From: a virus
Lineage: Duplodnaviria; Caudoviricetes
Length of the DNA: 25,818 nucleotides
Reading direction: 5' to 3' (one strand)
IMG/VR virus record: IMGVR_UViG_3300037467_000377
Coordinates: 1-25,818 of that record
The notes under the pieces are model-generated. The model saw nothing but the letters and a program-made list of their open reading frames with translations, did no database searches and was not told the DNA's origin. Both the position numbers and the translations under genes were made by a program. Shown here in pieces: positions 21,579 to 25,818 of this stretch (its first letter is position 1; every line of letters begins with the position of its first letter).

Positions 21579-23881
21579 GCGTCCGCGCGTTCCGCCTGCT
21601 GTGCCTTGATCTCGACGCCGCGCTCGGTCGCCGCAATCCCCGCATTCGTGGATGCTATGGAATTGTCGGTTTGTGTATTGGTCTGTTCGATCTTGGCGTG
21701 CGTTGCCGCAACCGTCGCGTTTGTCTTGACCTTGACGCCCTCTATCTCAAGCTGGAGCTTTTGAATTTGAAGAGCACCAATATCCATTTCCTGAGCGTGT
21801 TTCTGCGCCTTCTGTTGCATCTCAAGACCAGCCGTCGCGCGCTTCGCATCAAGATCGGCCTGGCGGGCCTGCGATGCGTCTAGGGCTTCCTGCTCGCGGA
21901 TGCGGCGGTCTAGCTCGTCGTTCTGCGCCTGAGACTGCGCATCAACCATCTGCTTCTGCGCGTCGGCCTGAGTTTTCATCGCCGCAGCCTGTGCGGATTG
22001 CGCCTCGCTCTGAGCCTTGACCTGCTCAGGATTCGGCGGCTTGGGCGCCTTGGCCAATTCCTTCATCTGCTCGGCAAACTCGTCAATCGAGCCTTCAAGC
22101 TCGCGCCCGGCGCGGAACTGGCTAGACACAAACTTCAGCGCGTCCGACATGAGCGGCGCGGCCTGCGGCACGGTCTGGATCAGCGGGAGAGCCTGATTCA
22201 TGAACCCGCCCAGCGCCGTCATAAACTCGGTCGCGCGTTGCTTCTGTGCATCCTCATCCGGCGAGATGGTCGAATCCGTCTCAATGTCCAGCACGAAGGG
22301 GCGTAACCGCTGCTCACGCAGCAGAGACATCACCTTCTCAACAGTCGGCTGTTCCTTGGCCTTCTGGACCTTGGCGTCCGTCGCCTGCGAGAGTTGAGCA
22401 AGCGCCTGCTCGGCCGCTTGGGGATTCTGTTCTGCCTGCGCTCGCAATTCCGGGTTCTGAAGCGCTTGAGCCGCTTGGGCCTTCGCCTCCTCAATGATCT
22501 GCGTAACCTGCTGCGCTAGATCCGCCTCAGTCTTCAGGTCGTCAACCTGACTCATTTCCAGCAAGGTCTTTGGCGTGAAGTTCTCCGCCATGATCTCCGC
22601 TGCAATGCGGGTGATATCGCGTGAGAACCGGACGATCTCTGCCTGCCGATCGCGAATGCGGATCGAGCCATACTGGCTCTTGAGCTGTTGGGCCGTGGCC
22701 GTCTCGCTCGCCTCAGTCGAGCCGCGCATAATATCCGACAGGCCCGTGATCTCGTACACGTCCTGAATAAGCTCTTTGCGCAGCGCGATAAGCTGCGTCA
22801 CCGTCTCCGCGATCATGTCTAGCGGCAGCCAGACGATCATATCCTTGAACGCGCCACCGCCGAAAGCAGCCCAATTGCTGATCGGGATCAGGACTTGGTT
22901 ATTCTCAACCTTCTTGATCGCCGCCTCAACAGCGTCGCCAATCTCGCCAGCGCCAGCCGGATAGAAACCGCGCACCTTCAGTGCCTCGGTCAACGCCGAG
23001 AGCCGCGCCGTGATCTCGTTCAGTTCTTCCAATTGATCCTTATAAAACAGCACATCCGGCACGGGGATGAGCGAGCGGCGCTGTACCGTTGCATAAGCCG
23101 GGCGCGGACACGGATAGAAACCCTCAAGCGTCAGATGCGGCTTATCCTCATCCAGCACCTTATCAACGCCGGGCGTCACCCAGATAACCTTGCCCTCATC
23201 CTTGTGCCAGATTTCCCAAACGCCGGCCTTGTTCTCGCTTGTGGCCGCGCCGCGCGTCTTATCGTCCTTCTGGACCTGATATTCAGCGTCGAGATAGGCG
23301 TCACCGCTCGTTTCCTTAAAGCGGTCTTCCATCTCGTCCTTGGTCAACCATGCACGCTTTGCGACCCACGGGACCTCCTGCCAGTTGCGGGCAAGGCCGT
23401 GCAGGAAATCGCGGCGGTCGGTATGTTCAATGCAGACCTTCTCGCCGTACTTGGTGTCATAACGAAGCCACGCCTGACCCCGCGCCTGAATCACCATGTC
23501 ATCGCGGACCAGCCGCATCACATGATCAATGTCGTTCTGCTCAAAGCAGACGATGGTGGAGCGTTCCAGAACCTCTGAGGCTTTACGCGGAACCGGCCGG
23601 CGATCACGGAAGCGCGGCATCACCACAGGGACAGGCGGCCGACTGTAAATCGATGGCTTCAGAACCTCGATATTCGCCCAGAACATCTGGAACTGGCGAT
23701 CACGAACGGTCGCGGCCAGTTTCGACAAATCAGCATACAGCTTGTCGATATTGTCGGCCTTCTCCTGATAATCGCGAAACGCCTTTTCCGACTCCTCTAT
23801 CGCATCAAGATATGGTTTGGACGAATTGGCAGGCTCGGACGAATAGTCGTCCTGCACGCCCTGGGTTTCGTCTTCAACCAT
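21575..23881 (-). CDS. portal protein (P22-like, long C-terminal coiled-coil barrel)
   Basis: 768 aa directly after terL, with ITGLSDIMRG...ETATAQQLK motif and Gln/Ala-rich C-terminal helices. Confidence 0.9.
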   Translation of the reverse strand: MVEDETQGVQDDYSSEPANSSKPYLDAIEESEKAFRDYQEKADNIDKLYADLSKLAATVRDRQFQMFWANIEVLKPSIYSRPPVPVVMPRFRDRRPVPRKASEVLERSTIVCFEQNDIDHVMRLVRDDMVIQARGQAWLRYDTKYGEKVCIEHTDRRDFLHGLARNWQEVPWVAKRAWLTKDEMEDRFKETSGDAYLDAEYQVQKDDKTRGAATSENKAGVWEIWHKDEGKVIWVTPGVDKVLDEDKPHLTLEGFYPCPRPAYATVQRRSLIPVPDVLFYKDQLEELNEITARLSALTEALKVRGFYPAGAGEIGDAVEAAIKKVENNQVLIPISNWAAFGGGAFKDMIVWLPLDMIAETVTQLIALRKELIQDVYEITGLSDIMRGSTEASETATAQQLKSQYGSIRIRDRQAEIVRFSRDITRIAAEIMAENFTPKTLLEMSQVDDLKTEADLAQQVTQIIEEAKAQAAQALQNPELRAQAEQNPQAAEQALAQLSQATDAKVQKAKEQPTVEKVMSLLREQRLRPFVLDIETDSTISPDEDAQKQRATEFMTALGGFMNQALPLIQTVPQAAPLMSDALKFVSSQFRAGRELEGSIDEFAEQMKELAKAPKPPNPEQVKAQSEAQSAQAAAMKTQADAQKQMVDAQSQAQNDELDRRIREQEALDASQARQADLDAKRATAGLEMQQKAQKHAQEMDIGALQIQKLQLEIEGVKVKTNATVAATHAKIEQTNTQTDNSIASTNAGIAATERGVEIKAQQAERADA

Positions 23882-23882
23882 C

Positions 23883-25256
23883 TTAAATCCTGATCCTGTT
23901 GCCGCTTACCGTTGGGATCGGCGGCGGAATGATCTTGCCCTTCGGGGCTATGCGCGGCTGCTCTGCAACCACTTCCGGCACATGCCGCCACGACAGCGCG
24001 AGGTAGCGGAATGCGTCGGCCAAATGGCTGGTCCAGTCGTGGACCTCGCTCGCCTTGAATGTCTTTTTCTCGTCGTCCCATTCGCGCCGGTATTGCTCCA
24101 GCGCAGATATGCCTACCTGCTCGCAACGCGGGTGAAACACCGCTGTCTTGAGCGTGGTGCGCGCCGCCTGAATGCCGTCGAGCTTGGATACGTTTGGAAC
24201 AAGCTGCGGGTCCAGCCGCAACGCCTGCATCGTCTCAACGCGAGTTCGACCCGTACCCCACTCCTTCACCTTCGCGTCGTGGGGGACGAAATCGAACCCC
24301 GGCGTATAGGGCTTGCCGTGAACCACCTCGGCGTAATGATCGACGCCAGCGCCAGAAGCCGTATAGCAGTCAATAATGTAGGGACGCCCGGCGATAACCT
24401 GGAACCACCAGATGCTCGTATCGTCGCGAACGCCAATGTCCCAAGCTCTGTGAACCGGCTTATTCGGTACCGGCTCAAATTCCCTAATCCTGCCGTCGCT
24501 GCGTAGCGCCAGCATCTCACGGGCATAAAACGCACCCAGGATCGCCGCATTGAAGGAGCAGAGATATTCCTGCTCGTACTGCGCACGGCCTATATCCTCG
24601 CCGTATAATGCGGCGTAGTCCTTAATCGCCTCGTCCAATTGCTCTTGTGTCAGAGCGCCCGTGTCGTGGATGGTCGAGACTTCCGCAAACCAGCGCGGAT
24701 TATCCTTCGCCATGTCGTACATGGACTTGGCGTGATTACGACCGCGAGGCGTCGTGATGAACGAAGCCCAGCCGTTGTTCTCCTCAATCATCGGGCGGAT
24801 GAAGCCCCACGCAGAGGGGTTCGCCAGTGCCCATTCAGAGAAGGTCACGCCGGCAATACCAGCGCCAACAAGGCTATTGTACCGATCGGACCCGATAACC
24901 TGCCACGTCGAGCCATTCTTGAAGCGGATGAACATTTGCTGCTCATCCTTGCTGTCGCGGATCTCCGGCGGGAACGCCTCGTCAATCCGCCGCTTGCCCG
25001 TATGCGGGTTAACCGCTGTCCAAATAGCCTTTCGCGCTTGCTCGTATTCAGGCAGACAATGCCAATAACTCGCGACACGCTCATGAGCGGCTATCGCCGT
25101 GCGGTGCAGGACAACATCATCCTTGCCCCAACGTCGATGGGCTATTTCAATCGCGCGCTTGCCGCCGCCCTCTAGATAATCCCATAGCCTTCGCTGATAT
25201 GGCCGGGGTTGCCAGCCATTCGGAAGGCTAACCCGCAAACCGCTTGATCTCGACAA
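23883..25256 (-). CDS. terL: terminase large subunit
   Basis: PRPYQ, Walker A-like HRRWGKD, Walker B-like VTFSEWA, FITTPRGRNH, nuclease AWDIG..D and SHLADAFRY. No ATG near the 5' end; start is TTG 25256 or TTG 25238. Confidence 0.95.
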   Translation of the reverse strand: MSRSSGLRVSLPNGWQPRPYQRRLWDYLEGGGKRAIEIAHRRWGKDDVVLHRTAIAAHERVASYWHCLPEYEQARKAIWTAVNPHTGKRRIDEAFPPEIRDSKDEQQMFIRFKNGSTWQVIGSDRYNSLVGAGIAGVTFSEWALANPSAWGFIRPMIEENNGWASFITTPRGRNHAKSMYDMAKDNPRWFAEVSTIHDTGALTQEQLDEAIKDYAALYGEDIGRAQYEQEYLCSFNAAILGAFYAREMLALRSDGRIREFEPVPNKPVHRAWDIGVRDDTSIWWFQVIAGRPYIIDCYTASGAGVDHYAEVVHGKPYTPGFDFVPHDAKVKEWGTGRTRVETMQALRLDPQLVPNVSKLDGIQAARTTLKTAVFHPRCEQVGISALEQYRREWDDEKKTFKASEVHDWTSHLADAFRYLALSWRHVPEVVAEQPRIAPKGKIIPPPIPTVSGNRIRI

Positions 25257-25518
25257 TCACAGGCCCGCCATCCTCGCCGGATACCTGCATTGGCAAAACC
25301 TTGCCGAGAAGCGACATGAACGGCCCAGGATTTGCCTTGGCCTGAATCTCCAGATATTCGGCAATGCCGTCTTCGCCGCCGCCACCCGCCGCCTGTGCAG
25401 CCTTGAGAATGGCATCCTTCAATAGCGCCGTTGTCTTGTTCGGCACACCCTTGACCCGACCCTTCCCGGCATTAGGCGGCTTGACAGTAGACCTCACTAC
25501 TTTGCTGAATTGATCCAT
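25228..25518 (-). CDS. terS: terminase small subunit (probable)
   Basis: GKGRVKGVPNKTT..LKDAIL.AA and FMSLLGKVLP.QVSGEDGGPV motifs; immediately upstream of and overlapping terL. ATG 25518 chosen over the ORF-track start at 25668. Confidence 0.75.
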   Translation of the reverse strand: MDQFSKVVRSTVKPPNAGKGRVKGVPNKTTALLKDAILKAAQAAGGGGEDGIAEYLEIQAKANPGPFMSLLGKVLPMQVSGEDGGPVIVEIKRFAG

Positions 25519-25732
25519 TGCTCTTTCCCCGGTCTGAGCGGGAGCTGATAACTTTGGCCCTTTGCCGTTTCTTGCGGTTATCCGGGATGAATCCCGGTCA
25601 GCACTTCCGACCAGCGGTTGAGGCTGAGGGCTAGGGCGGTGCACTGCCCTGTTAAAGTTGACCACCACCCCAAGTGGTTGATCTGATTCAATTTTCGTCC
25701 TGAAAGCGACGGTTTGACCACCGGCCTAAATG

Positions 25733-25768
25733 AAAAAGCCGACCAAGGACGAATGCCCCTGATCGGCT
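25733..25768 (-). terminator. intrinsic terminator upstream of the packaging genes
   Basis: AGCCGAUCAGGGGC-AUUC-GUCCUUGGUCGGCU (14 bp including GU pairs) followed by UUUU. Confidence 0.7.
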
Positions 25769-25818
25769 GTAGATCGCAATCCAGCGGGAGTCTTTCGATT
25801 GCCGCCAGACGCTCAACG

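Noticed and set aside
25519-25668. 50-aa N-terminal extension of terS in the ORF track
   Set aside because: ATG 25518 has a purine-rich RBS and the shared CTCAGAC upstream motif; the extension looks non-coding.
1-25818. tRNA, rRNA, integrase/att site or IS element
   Set aside because: None recognised by eye. Prophage versus free phage cannot be decided from this window.

Overview
This window is the late (morphogenesis and lysis) region of a GC-rich podovirus-type phage or prophage, probably of an alphaproteobacterial host. Almost all genes are on the minus strand. The order is terminase small/large, portal, scaffold, major capsid, decoration protein, head-tail adaptor, gp10-like tail hub, GNAT protein, three internal/ejection proteins (one with an S74 chaperone domain, one with a GH73 muramidase domain), tail-collar and tail-fibre genes, the lysis cassette, a metallophosphoesterase and a DUF3310 gene. 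An accessory island (about 6890-10650) lies between the last ejection gene and the tail-collar gene, the position of sieA/immI in P22. It holds small + strand morons, a ribbon-helix-helix regulator, and a divergent operon encoding a stand-alone Cas7/RAMP-like protein (7791-8546) and a partner protein (7068-7577). Each of these two genes is followed by a non-coding tract with 5-nt periodicity (GGY-like triplet plus variable NN dinucleotide), divided into units by 1-nt phase breaks. The NN dinucleotides of one unit, read as codon positions 1+2, spell G-Y-A-T-D/E-P-T-Y-A-A-K/N. This is the conserved GH73 muramidase motif, and it matches the phage's own virion muramidase gene at 8 of 11 codons. 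The pattern suggests an RNA-guided system with a gapped, wobble-skipping code aimed at competing related phages. It resembles the VIPR-type systems I recall being reported recently (recollection, not verified here). All calls are from manual reading; no database searches were run.
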